A DNA stretch of 64,000 bases from Streptosporangiaceae bacterium (GCA_035517035.1 DATIZP010000022.1:13605-77604), one strand, 5' to 3'; shown: positions 19,086-27,478, counted from the stretch's first letter. Notes: a model not told the origin generated them from the letters alone. Made by a program: numbers and translations.

Positions 19086-20270
19086 ATGTCCACGACTTCG
19101 CCGCCAGAGCCAGCCTCAGCCGCCCAGCCGGGTCAGGTGACCGGCGCCCCGGGCGTCGAGCAGGTGATGCAGGCGCTGGCCGGCGTGCTCGACCCGGAGA
19201 TCCGGCGACCGATTACCGACCTGGGGATGGTCAAGAACGTCGAGGTCGGGCCGGACGGCTCGGTGCGGGTAGACGTGTGGCTGACGGTCTCAGGCTGCCC
19301 GCTGCGCGACACCATCACCCGCGACGTGCGCGCCGCGGTAGGCGCGCTGCCCGGCGTCAGCGCGGTCCGCGTCGAGCTTGACGTGATGAGCGACAAGCAG
19401 CGCGGCGAGCTCGCCAGCAGGCTCCGCGGCGGCAAGCCGGAACGCGAGATACCGTTCGCCAGCCCCACCTCGCTGACCAAGGTCTATGCGGTCGCCAGCG
19501 GCAAGGGCGGCGTGGGTAAGTCGTCGGTCACGGTCAACCTGGCCGCGGCACTCGCGGCGTCCGGGCAGAAGGTAGGGTTGCTCGACGCCGATATCTACGG
19601 TCACTCCGTGCCGCGGATGCTCGGCGTCTCCGGCAAGCCGACCCAGGTCGAGCAGATGATCATGCCGCCGGTGGCACACGGCGTGAAGGCCATTTCAAGC
19701 GGCATGCTGAAAAAGGGCAATGAGCCGCTGCCCCTGCGCGGCCCGATCCTGCACCGCCTGCTGCAGCAGTTCCTCGCCGACGTGTACTGGGGCGACCTGG
19801 ACGTCCTGCTGCTCGACCTGCCACCGGGCACCGGCGACGTGGCCATCTCGGCCGGGCACCTGATCCCAGGCGCCGAGCTGATCGTGGTGACGACACCGCA
19901 GGCGGCGGCGGCCGAGGTGGCCGAGCGGGCAGGGTCGCTGGCCAGCCAGCTGCACCAGCGCGTGGTGGGCGTTATCGAAAATATGGCGTATCTGCCGTGC
20001 CCGCATTGCGGAGAGCGGATCGAGGTGTTCGGCAAGGGCGGCGGCCAGTCGGTCGCGGCGGCGCTGACCCGGCTGGTGGGCTCGGAGGTGCCGCTGCTCG
20101 GCGAGGTCCCGATCGACCTGCGGCTGCGCGAAGCGGGCGACGAGGGCCTGCCGCTCGTCCTCGCGGCACCCGAGGCGGCAGCGGCCGTCGAGCTGACCAG
20201 GATCGCCGGCCTGATCGGCGGCAGGACGCGCAGCCTGGTCGGGCGTCAGCTCGGGCTCACGCCGGTCTGA
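19086..20270 (+). CDS. mrp: Mrp/NBP35 family Fe-S cluster carrier ATPase with N-terminal DUF59 domain
   Basis: DPEIRRPITDLGMV (DUF59), ASGKGGVGKSS deviant Walker A, CPHCGE. Confidence 0.92.
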   Translation: MSTTSPPEPASAAQPGQVTGAPGVEQVMQALAGVLDPEIRRPITDLGMVKNVEVGPDGSVRVDVWLTVSGCPLRDTITRDVRAAVGALPGVSAVRVELDVMSDKQRGELASRLRGGKPEREIPFASPTSLTKVYAVASGKGGVGKSSVTVNLAAALAASGQKVGLLDADIYGHSVPRMLGVSGKPTQVEQMIMPPVAHGVKAISSGMLKKGNEPLPLRGPILHRLLQQFLADVYWGDLDVLLLDLPPGTGDVAISAGHLIPGAELIVVTTPQAAAAEVAERAGSLASQLHQRVVGVIENMAYLPCPHCGERIEVFGKGGGQSVAAALTRLVGSEVPLLGEVPIDLRLREAGDEGLPLVLAAPEAAAAVELTRIAGLIGGRTRSLVGRQLGLTPV

Positions 20271-20276
20271 GCGCGC

Positions 20277-20651
20277 TCAGGTCGCCTCGGCGTCCCACGG
20301 CGGCACCTCGCCGACCGTCAGCCGCTCGGACTCCCCGTAACTCTCGCTCAGGATCTCGGCGGTGCCGTCGGCCAGAATCTCCGGCTGGCCGGACCACTGC
20401 TCGTCGTCGTCGAGCCCGTCAAGCAGGTGCTTGCGCACGAACGTGCGCGGATTCAGGTCGTTGAGGTCGAACTCGGCGAACTCGGGGCCGAGGTTGTCGG
20501 CCAGGTCAGCTCGCGCCCTGTCCATGAGCTTGCGCATGTCCCGCAGAACCTGTCCGGCCTGGGCAGCCATCCGCGGCAGCTGCTCGGGGCCGAAGACAAT
20601 CAGGCCGATAAGGACGAGCGCAATGATCTTGAATGGGGACAGGTCGAACAC
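20277..20651 (-). CDS. tatB: Sec-independent protein translocase subunit TatB
   Basis: ORF 20277..20765 trimmed to GTG 20651. VFDLSPFKIIALVLIGLIVFGPEQLPRMAAQAG is a TatA/B-type N-terminus, followed by an amphipathic helix and an acidic tail. Position between mrp and the sigE module matches mycobacterial synteny. Confidence 0.8.
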   Translation of the reverse strand: MFDLSPFKIIALVLIGLIVFGPEQLPRMAAQAGQVLRDMRKLMDRARADLADNLGPEFAEFDLNDLNPRTFVRKHLLDGLDDDEQWSGQPEILADGTAEILSESYGESERLTVGEVPPWDAEAT

Positions 20652-20772
20652 GCTGCTCGCGCTCCCGTCGTCGTTGCCGCGGATGTCGTCGCCATGCACG
20701 CGACAGCTGTCGCTGTCTTCAGAGTAACCGCAAGGCGGCACTGCGGCGTAACCCCGAGGCGGCACTGTGGCG

Positions 20773-21915
20773 TCAGCCGAAGGGATCGAACCAGGAGCCG
20801 ATCCGCTTCAGGCCGCGGCCGACCCGTGCCCAGACACCGACGTGCCGGTCATGCGGCAGCTGCACGATCACCTCGTTCACGGTCCCCTGCGGCGCGTCGG
20901 CGATCACCGTGTACACGAAGCCGTCCGACGACCAGGCGGTGCCGCGCTCGCCGAGATCGGACTCCTGGGTCAGGTAGACGGGCAGACCGCCGACGTCGGC
21001 GGGCTGCCAGCCACGGATCGCGCCGGGCAGGACGCCGCGCTGCATGAACACCGACACCACGGAGAGCCCGTCGGAGTAGGACGCGTCGACCACCGGACCT
21101 GACCTGGTGGCCGTCCTGGTCAGCCCGATGAGCGTGAGGTTGCCGGCGAGCGTTCCCGGGACCGTCCAGCCACGGTTGCGCAGCATGGTGATCTCGGCCA
21201 TGGCCGGCGAGGTGAGCCAGGCCGGCGCCCGCACCGCGGGGACCGCGCCCACCCCCTCGCCGCCGATCTCCAGCTTGATGAACGTGCCCTCGTTGACCAG
21301 CCCGCCGTGCGCGCCGAACATCTCGCGGCGCAGCGGCAGCCCGGTGACCAGGTCAAGCCAGTAGCGTGCCGCCAGCGTCCCGTCACGGCGCCGCACCTCG
21401 ACGATCCTGGCCGGCCGGTCACTGGACGTGCCGGTGCCCGCGTACTCGATCACGTAGTTGGCGCGGAGCAGGTCGAGCACTCGCGGCGAGATGCTCAGCA
21501 CCCCGATGGCGGCATCGCTGCTCGCGTCGGCGCCCGGCACATGGTCGTCTACGTCATCGTCGCCCTGGGCAAGCTCCGGCTGGCCCGACCTGTGCCACAC
21601 CTCGATCAGGTAGGCATCCGAGCCCGCCGCGTCTGACCATGCCACCATCTGGACGCCGTGGTAGGAGACCGACCGGCAGGCGGCGGCCGCCGCGGCCATC
21701 AGGGTCAGGCCGTGCCGCACCCGGCTCGCGTCAGCGCGCGCGGCGGCGGACCGGCGCAACGGCAGCGCCTCGGGCAGCCGTCGCGACCGCGGCGTGGCTT
21801 GGCCATCCGGGCCGCCGATCGCGACGGCGACGAGGACGAGCGCGGTAACCATGGCTAGCGCAACGCCGAACCCGATGACTACGTGCCTGACGCGCCTCCA
21901 GTAGAGCCAGAGCAT
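20773..21915 (-). CDS. membrane-anchored MucB/RseB-like protein
   Basis: N-terminal TM helix (VVIGFGVALAMVTALVLVAVAI). The body resembles RseB/MucB-type sigma-E regulatory proteins as I remember actinobacterial annotations. It starts 6 nt after the anti-sigma gene stop. The assignment is from memory only. Confidence 0.45.
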   Translation of the reverse strand: MLWLYWRRVRHVVIGFGVALAMVTALVLVAVAIGGPDGQATPRSRRLPEALPLRRSAAARADASRVRHGLTLMAAAAAACRSVSYHGVQMVAWSDAAGSDAYLIEVWHRSGQPELAQGDDDVDDHVPGADASSDAAIGVLSISPRVLDLLRANYVIEYAGTGTSSDRPARIVEVRRRDGTLAARYWLDLVTGLPLRREMFGAHGGLVNEGTFIKLEIGGEGVGAVPAVRAPAWLTSPAMAEITMLRNRGWTVPGTLAGNLTLIGLTRTATRSGPVVDASYSDGLSVVSVFMQRGVLPGAIRGWQPADVGGLPVYLTQESDLGERGTAWSSDGFVYTVIADAPQGTVNEVIVQLPHDRHVGVWARVGRGLKRIGSWFDPFG

Positions 21916-21920
21916 GGCTG

Positions 21921-22580
21921 CTAGCTGGCCTTATGGTGCGTTCGGTGGTCGCCGCGCGGCTGACCGGCGACTCCGGCTGGCTGATTGCCCGGCGGCGGAG
22001 CGCTCGGGCTGACCGCCATCGGGCCGATGACGGGCCCGGAGCGCACCGGGCCGAGCTGCCACGGATCGACCCGGCCCGGGCCGTCCGTGGCGGGATCGGG
22101 GACGAGCAGCGACGAACCAGAGCCCGACACCGCGGGCTCCTGGCCGGCGTCGTAGGCATGCTGGAGCAGGTACGAGTCGACCGACGGGGTCACCTTGGGC
22201 GCAGGCGGCGCGGCGGCGGAGTTCCCGAGCAGGAAGGCGGCGATGCCGATCACGGCGATCACGCTCCCGGCCGAGCTAGCGGTCACCCGCCAGGCCTGCC
22301 CGGCCTCCCGCCGCCTGGCCCGGCCCGGCCTGACCGGGCCGAGTACAGCGCCGGGCAGCCTGGCCTGGTCGGATTGCGCCAGGTCGATGAGCCTGCCGGC
22401 GATCGCATCGTCCGTCGACGTCTCGCCGAGCGCCGTCAGCCGGCGCTTGAGCGCGCGCATGGCGTTGACCTCGTCCAGGCAGCCCTGGCACCCGGCCACA
22501 TGGTTGAGCACCCGGTCCCGCTCCTGCGGATCGAGTTCCCCGTCGACCAGCGCCGACAGCCAGCGGCCCAGGTGACTCAC
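21921..22580 (-). CDS. rseA: zf-HC2 anti-sigma factor (anti-SigE)
   Basis: [41 protein letters not shown] (H-x3-C-x2-C motif), a central TM segment, and a 4-nt overlap with sigE. Confidence 0.8.
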   Translation of the reverse strand: MSHLGRWLSALVDGELDPQERDRVLNHVAGCQGCLDEVNAMRALKRRLTALGETSTDDAIAGRLIDLAQSDQARLPGAVLGPVRPGRARRREAGQAWRVTASSAGSVIAVIGIAAFLLGNSAAAPPAPKVTPSVDSYLLQHAYDAGQEPAVSGSGSSLLVPDPATDGPGRVDPWQLGPVRSGPVIGPMAVSPSAPPPGNQPAGVAGQPRGDHRTHHKAS

Positions 22581-23242
22581 GGCACGCCCACCTCGTCGGC
22601 CATCACCCCGACGACAGGCTCGGCCGGCTCGCTGCGAGGAGCGGCCGCGTGCCGCGGCCTGCGGTGCTCAAGCGCGGCGCGGAGCTGGGCCCGGCCGCGG
22701 TGGATCCGGCTGCGCACCGTTCCGAGCTTGACGTCGAGCGCGTCAGCGATTTCCTCGTAGGTCAGTCCCTCGATGTCGCACAGCACGACCGCGGCCCGAT
22801 ACTCGGGCGGCAGGTCGGCCAGCGCGGCCGCCACGTCGTGGTCGAAATGGCGGTCGTCAAAGGCCTGGGACGGCGTCGGCTCTGCCCCTCTGAGCTTCGC
22901 GGCGGTCTCCTCGCCGAGCCCTTCGAACCTGATCCGCTGGCGGCGGCGGGTGATGTCGAGGAACAGGTTGGTGGTGATCCGGTGCAGCCAGCCTTCGAAG
23001 GTTCCCGGCGTGTAGCTCGGCAGGGAGCGGAACACCCGGACGAAGACCTCCTGGGTGAGGTCCTCGGCGTCATGGCTGTTGCCGGTCAGCCGGTAGGCCA
23101 GCCGGTACACCCGGGCCGAGTGGTCTTTGACCACGTCCTCCCAGCTCGGCGGCGTCCACTCCTCGGCCGGGACCGGTCCGGGCCCGGCATCGCCTTGCGC
23201 CTGCGTCTGCATCAGCCTTCCTCGGACCGCTTGAACCGCCAT
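22577..23242 (-). CDS. sigE: ECF RNA polymerase sigma factor SigE
   Basis: Region 2 [17 protein letters not shown]...GWLHRITTN, region 4 [28 protein letters not shown] 23212 is an alternative start. Confidence 0.9.
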   Translation of the reverse strand: MAVQAVRGRLMQTQAQGDAGPGPVPAEEWTPPSWEDVVKDHSARVYRLAYRLTGNSHDAEDLTQEVFVRVFRSLPSYTPGTFEGWLHRITTNLFLDITRRRQRIRFEGLGEETAAKLRGAEPTPSQAFDDRHFDHDVAAALADLPPEYRAAVVLCDIEGLTYEEIADALDVKLGTVRSRIHRGRAQLRAALEHRRPRHAAAPRSEPAEPVVGVMADEVGVP

Positions 23243-23286
23243 GCGTGCCGCGTGGTTGGACCACCGCGCAGGGGACGCAAACCGTG

Positions 23287-23313
23287 AACGTATGGCCCGC
23301 CTGGCCTGTTCCC
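23287..23313 (-). promoter_or_regulatory. candidate ECF-type (autoregulated) promoter upstream of sigE
   Basis: The minus strand reads GGGAAC-N17-CGTT, about 45 nt upstream of ATG 23242. This matches the generic GGAAC...CGTT ECF promoter architecture. Confidence 0.45.
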
Positions 23314-23376
23314 CGCTGACCTTGGCTAACGTTAGGCTGCGGCGCGGAAGTTCTACCCAAGCTACCGGAGGCCCCT

Positions 23377-24012
23377 ATCATCCGCCCAGACGTCACCGTC
23401 ATACTCGACGAGTTCGCCGCCGAGGATGAGGCGCTGCTGACGGCGCGCGCGAACGCCGAGCGGCTCGGCGGTGCCATGCCGGTGGCCCCGCTGACCGGTG
23501 CCACGCTGCGTTTCCTCGCGAGCGCGATCGGAGCCAGGGCCGTGGTCGAGATCGGCACCGGATTCGGCACCTCGGGTCTCTGGCTGCTGCGCGGCATGCG
23601 CCAGGGATCGGTGCTCACCAGCGTGGACACCGAGCCCGAGCATCATCGGCTGGCCAGGGCAGTGTTCGCCCAGGCCGGCTTCGGCTCCGCCAGGTACCGG
23701 CTGATCACCGGCCGCGCGCTCGAGGTGCTGCCCAGGCTTGCCGACGGCGCCTATGACCTGGTGTTCTGCGACGCCGACAAGCGCGAGTTCCCCGAGTACC
23801 TCGCCGCTGCGCTGCGCCTGCTCCGGCCTGGCGGGATCGTCGCCTTCGACAATGCACTGTGGGAGGACGAGAGCCCCAACATCGCCCACCGGGACCCTGA
23901 CTCGCTCGCCGTCGGCGAGCTTAGGGACCTGGTCGCCGCAGACAGCAGCCTGGTGCCGCTGCTGCTGCCCGTCGGCGACGGGCTGCTGGCCGCGGTCAAG
24001 CTGACCGCCTAG
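23377..24012 (+). CDS. class I SAM-dependent O-methyltransferase (caffeoyl-CoA OMT-like); probable ATC start
   Basis: ORF track gives 23476..24012. However, conserved family sequence (EDEALLTARANAERLG...VVEIGTGFGTSGLWLL) extends upstream of ATG 23476. The frame opens after stop 23317-23319 with no ATG/GTG/TTG. GGAGG at 23367-23371 lies 5 nt before ATC 23377. Confidence 0.7.
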   Translation: MIRPDVTVILDEFAAEDEALLTARANAERLGGAMPVAPLTGATLRFLASAIGARAVVEIGTGFGTSGLWLLRGMRQGSVLTSVDTEPEHHRLARAVFAQAGFGSARYRLITGRALEVLPRLADGAYDLVFCDADKREFPEYLAAALRLLRPGGIVAFDNALWEDESPNIAHRDPDSLAVGELRDLVAADSSLVPLLLPVGDGLLAAVKLTA

Positions 24013-24125
24013 CGCCTGTCCCGTAGATCGTGGGACCGGGTCGGTGGAGACGGGCCGCTGGCCGCGGTCAAGCTGACCGCTTAAGGCCTGTCCCGTAGAT
24101 CGCGGGCCTGTCCCGTAGATCGTGG
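23977..24125. repeat. junction duplications: 36-bp OMT gene 3-prime end plus element terminus repeated
   Basis: GACGGGCTGCTGGCCGCGGTCAAGCTGACCGCCTAG (23977-24012) recurs as GACGGGCCGCTGGCCGCGGTCAAGCTGACCGCTTAA (24047-24082). The terminus motif GCCTGTCCCGTAGATCG occurs three times (24014, 24086, 24106). Confidence 0.85.
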
Positions 24126-24205
24126 GGCTGGGTCGGTGGACCCAGGCCCTGATGGCTCGGCTTGTGGTCTGGCGCAGGCCGTCCCCGAGGCCGCCGTCGG
24201 CCGCC

Positions 24206-24327
24206 GCGCCCTCCACCACCCGGACGCGCCCTCCACCACCCGGACGCGCCCTCCACCGCCCCGGACGCGCCCTCCACCACCCGGACACGCCCTCCACCAC
24301 CCGGACACGCCCTCCACCACCCGGAGA
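24206..24327. repeat. 20-22 bp tandem repeat x6 inside element copy A
   Basis: GCGCCCTCCACCACCCGGAC repeated six times with minor variants. Copy B has only about one unit at the equivalent place. Confidence 0.9.
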
Positions 24328-24332
24328 TGATC

Positions 24333-24360
24333 TTGATGGATGTGGCGGATGTCCCAGAAT
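24333..24360 (+). promoter_or_regulatory. promoter-like motif TTGATG-N16-CAGAAT in the conserved core of element copy A
   Basis: Resembles the actinomycete housekeeping-sigma consensus TTGACN-N16-18-TAGAPuT. It lies in a 63-bp block identical in both copies. Confidence 0.35.
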
Positions 24361-24715
24361 ACGCAGTGGATGTGGCATCCATTCCACGGCCACCCAGGTG
24401 ATCACATCCAGTTTCGGCTGGTATGCGACGATCCGAGGGGCTGTGATCGCCCGGGCGCGGAGGCCGGCCGCGCTGTGCTCCGGGTTGTGCGTGGCTGGTG
24501 ATGCCGCGCGGCAGGGCGGTCGGTGCCGCGGAGATCCACGGGACAGGCGCTAGCCCCTAGGCCGGTCATGGCGGCGGGGGTCGAGCACTAAGGGACGGGC
24601 CCGCAGCAGGGCGAACAGCTCGCGGATCGGCCGGAGCTGCCACGTCCAGCCGCCCAGAGATCCCCTGACTAACCGGTCTTGCGCCTCGCCCGCCTAACGG
24701 TTTGTCGCAGGCCGG

Positions 24716-26287
24716 TTAGCTCACCTGCAGCCAGCGCAGCAGCAGCCTCGTGCCGAACCCGGTGGCGCCCGCCGAGATCTCGCCGTCGTCACCGGAGCTC
24801 CGCGCGGCGCCGGCGACGTCCAGATGCGCCCACGGCCGGGACCCGGCGAACTCCCTGAGGAACAGCGCGGCCAGGACCGACCCGGCTCCCTCGCTGCCCC
24901 TCGATACGTTGGCCAGGTCGGCCACCGGGGAGTCGAGCGCACTCCGGTAGTCGTCGGCGAGCGGCATCCGCCACAGCCGGTCGCCGCACGCCTCACCGGC
25001 CGCGATCAGGCCGGACGCCAGGTCGTCGCTGGTGGCGTACAGGGCGGCCCGGCTGCCGCCCAGCGCGATCCGCGCGGCTCCGGTGAGCGTCGCGATGTCG
25101 ATGATCGCGTCGGGCGCCAGGGTCGCGTCGGCATAGGCGATGGCGTCGGCCAGGACCAGCCGTCCTTCGGCATCGGTGTTCAGCACCTCAACGGTCCGGC
25201 CGCCGAAGCAGGTGATCACGTCGCCCGGCCGGTACGCCGAGCCGGATGGCATGTTCTCCGCCGCAGCGACCAGGCCCGTGACCTGGTGGGTCACGCCGAG
25301 CCTGGCGAGGGCCGACAGGACCGCGATCACCACGGCGCCGCCCGCCATGTCCGTCTTCATCGCCTTCATGCCGTCGTTCGGCTTGAGCGAGAGTCCGCCG
25401 CTGTCAAACGTGATGCCCTTGCCGACCAGGACCACATGCCGCTGCGCCGACGGCGGCTCGTACCGAAGCTCGATCAGCCGCGGCGGGCGCTCGGAACCCG
25501 AGCCCACGGCGGTGATGCCGCCGAACCCGGCGGCAGCGAGCTCCTGCTCGTTCCACACCCGGACGGCAAGTCCCGCCGGCGCGGCCGCGTCGCTGGCCGC
25601 GTCCGCGAGCCACTGCGGCGACTTGCGCACCGATGGGGTGTTGGCCAGGTCCCTGGCCAGGGCGGTCGCAGCGGCGACGACCGCCGCCTGGCCGATCGCG
25701 CCGTCCCGGTCGGCCTCGTTGCCGCCGACGGCGGTAGCTGGGGTGGCGGCAGCCGGCGCTCCCGGCGCCATGAGCAGCAGCACCGAGACCTGCCCGGCCT
25801 GCTCCTGCCCGCCCTGGTCCTGCACCGAATCTGACGACTTCTCCGAGTACCGGTAGGAACCGAGCATGACCCCCTCGGCGAACGCCCGTACCTGGTCGTC
25901 GTCCGCACCAGTCACCGCGGTGGCAACAGCGCTCTCGCCGGGCCGCAGCGCCCGGCCGAGCTCGGCGCCGGCCCTGCGCAGCTCGGGCGCCGACCTGTCG
26001 CCGACCCCGAGGAAAGCGACCCTGACGACATGCTGACCGGCCCGAGCGGGCACCTGGGTCAGCTGGCCGGGCTTGCCGGCAAGCTGCAGCGACCTGATCA
26101 CCTCGCGGGCCGGGACCGTCAGCGCGCCGTCCAGCGCCTCGTCGGCGACGATCTCACCGCCGGTGCCTACGGGCACCGCGACGAGATCCACCGGCTCGCC
26201 GGTGCCCGCTGCCGCGGCTCGTAGCAGGTCACCCGCGGTACGCAGATCCTCGCGGACGAGCGGTGTGACAGTGGCGATGGCAGGCAT
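24716..26287 (-). CDS. pepA: leucyl aminopeptidase (M17)
   Basis: VGKGITFDSGGLSLKP, MKTDMAGGA, NTDAEGRLVLADA. Confidence 0.92.
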   Translation of the reverse strand: MPAIATVTPLVREDLRTAGDLLRAAAAGTGEPVDLVAVPVGTGGEIVADEALDGALTVPAREVIRSLQLAGKPGQLTQVPARAGQHVVRVAFLGVGDRSAPELRRAGAELGRALRPGESAVATAVTGADDDQVRAFAEGVMLGSYRYSEKSSDSVQDQGGQEQAGQVSVLLLMAPGAPAAATPATAVGGNEADRDGAIGQAAVVAAATALARDLANTPSVRKSPQWLADAASDAAAPAGLAVRVWNEQELAAAGFGGITAVGSGSERPPRLIELRYEPPSAQRHVVLVGKGITFDSGGLSLKPNDGMKAMKTDMAGGAVVIAVLSALARLGVTHQVTGLVAAAENMPSGSAYRPGDVITCFGGRTVEVLNTDAEGRLVLADAIAYADATLAPDAIIDIATLTGAARIALGGSRAALYATSDDLASGLIAAGEACGDRLWRMPLADDYRSALDSPVADLANVSRGSEGAGSVLAALFLREFAGSRPWAHLDVAGAARSSGDDGEISAGATGFGTRLLLRWLQVS

Positions 26288-26290
26288 CCG

Positions 26291-26467
26291 TCACGTGCCT
26301 GCGCCGACAGCAGAATCAAGCGCGCTACCCAGTGCCCTGGCCTCGTCCGGCGTCAGCTCCACGACGAGCCGGCCGCCGCCCTCAAGCGGCACGCGCATCA
26401 CGATTCCGCGACCCTCCTTCGTGACCTCAAGCGGACCGTCTCCCGTCCGCGGCTTCATCGCCGCCAT
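26291..26467 (-). CDS. DUF3117-type small conserved protein
   Basis: ORF 26291..26497 trimmed to MAAMKPRTGDGPLEVTKEGRGIVMRVPLEGGGRLVVELTPDEA, which matches the highly conserved actinobacterial family as recalled. Confidence 0.8.
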   Translation of the reverse strand: MAAMKPRTGDGPLEVTKEGRGIVMRVPLEGGGRLVVELTPDEARALGSALDSAVGAGT

Positions 26468-26653
26468 CCCGTCTCCCCTTCCGTCAGCGAGCAACACGCG
26501 ACCCGGCCAGCGCCGGCCGGTCGCCCGCCCTCAAGTAAGTCGAGCCACATCGACATCAATCAGTACCTCTATTATCGGTCAGTTCCCTGGCCTTGGTGGC
26601 ATCGATCGGCTTCCGTCGCGCTCTTCGGCCGCCCGGCGATACAGACTGGGTTC

Positions 26654-27478
26654 GTGAACGCCAGATCGGCACTCTTCGACCTCTACGGGGATCATCTGCT
26701 GTCCCGTGGCGAGCAGGCACCGGTCGCCGCGCTTGTGCGGCTGCTCGCTCCGCTGCGGATCTCGGCACCTGCGGTGCGCACGGCAGTCTCCCGAATGGCC
26801 AGGCAGGGCTGGCTGACGCCGGTACGGCTGGCCGAGGGAGCCGGCTACCGGCTGACGCCGCGCGCGGTAAGCCGGCTGCGCCAGGCAGCCGACCGGATCT
26901 ACCGCCAGGACGCGCCGCCCTGGGACGGCCGGTGGCACGTCGTGATCGCGGAGCGGGTGGCCGACCGAGCCGGGCGAGATCGGCTGCGGTCAGCGCTCGG
27001 CTACCTCGGCTACGCCTGCCTGGACGGCTCCACCTGGATCAGCCCGCGCCAGTCCGCCGAGCTTGACCCCCTCCTCGGGACCGAGCGGGTCAGAGCCGAG
27101 CGCTTTCACGCCAGATACGACGGTGACGCCCGCGGCCTTGCGGCCCGTGCGTGGGACATCGACGGCCTGGCGCTGGCCTACCGGCGATGGCTGGACCTGG
27201 CTGCCGACCTGGTTCCGCCGCCTCATGCCGACCAGCCCGATGAGATGATCTTCGCGGCGCGGAGCGAGCTTGTGCACGAGTGGCGCAAGTTCCTGTTCAT
27301 CGATCCTGGCCTGCCCGCCGAGCTGCTGCCCGCCCGCTGGCCGGGAGCCGAGGCCGCCGAATTGTTCCATGTCGAGGCCGAGCGCCTGTTGCCCGCCGCT
27401 GCCAGGTTCGTGGACTGTTGTCTCAACGGCGCCGCGGGCGGCCAACCGCGGGACCAGTTACCGGGTCACTCGGCTTGA
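26654..27478 (+). CDS. paaX: PaaX family transcriptional regulator
   Basis: SALFDLYGDHL...VAALVRLLAPLRISAPAVRTAVSRMARQGWL...YRLTP; the C-terminal PaaX domain has WDGRWHVV. Confidence 0.8.
   Translation: MNARSALFDLYGDHLLSRGEQAPVAALVRLLAPLRISAPAVRTAVSRMARQGWLTPVRLAEGAGYRLTPRAVSRLRQAADRIYRQDAPPWDGRWHVVIAERVADRAGRDRLRSALGYLGYACLDGSTWISPRQSAELDPLLGTERVRAERFHARYDGDARGLAARAWDIDGLALAYRRWLDLAADLVPPPHADQPDEMIFAARSELVHEWRKFLFIDPGLPAELLPARWPGAEAAELFHVEAERLLPAAARFVDCCLNGAAGGQPRDQLPGHSA

Larger units (their letters stand above)
24105..24549 (+). mobile_element. MITE-like non-coding repeat element, copy A (TIR-bounded, about 445 bp)
   Basis: The left terminus GGCCTGTCCCGTAGATCGTGGGG and right terminus CCGCGGAGATCCACGGGACAGGCG are inverted repeats. 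About 85-100 percent of the sequence matches the reverse complement of 49479-49858. No credible ORF. Confidence 0.7.

Noticed and set aside
20267-20280. A 14-bp perfect palindrome CTGAGCGCGCTCAG containing the stop codons of both convergent genes, mrp and tatB.
   Set aside because: It is real but has no loop and is too short to be a terminator. It is most simply two TGA stops sharing a GC-rich spacer by chance.
24206-24327. Possible CRISPR arrays (the 20-bp repeats here and the 19-bp repeats at 61503-61695).
   Set aside because: The repeats are directly adjacent with no unique spacers. The units are too short and degenerate, and there are no cas genes.
24122-24553. ORFs inside the repeat elements that look conserved between copies: 24122..24553 plus and 49475..49828 minus sharing DDLDGCGGCPRIRSGCGIHST, and the opposite-strand ORFs beginning MITWV.VEWMPHPLRILGHPPHPSRSS.
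   Set aside because: Both strands appear conserved only because the DNA core is identical. The 20-22 bp internal repeats shift the frame differently in each copy, and no SD or start context is shared. A very short peptide within the 63-bp core cannot be fully excluded.
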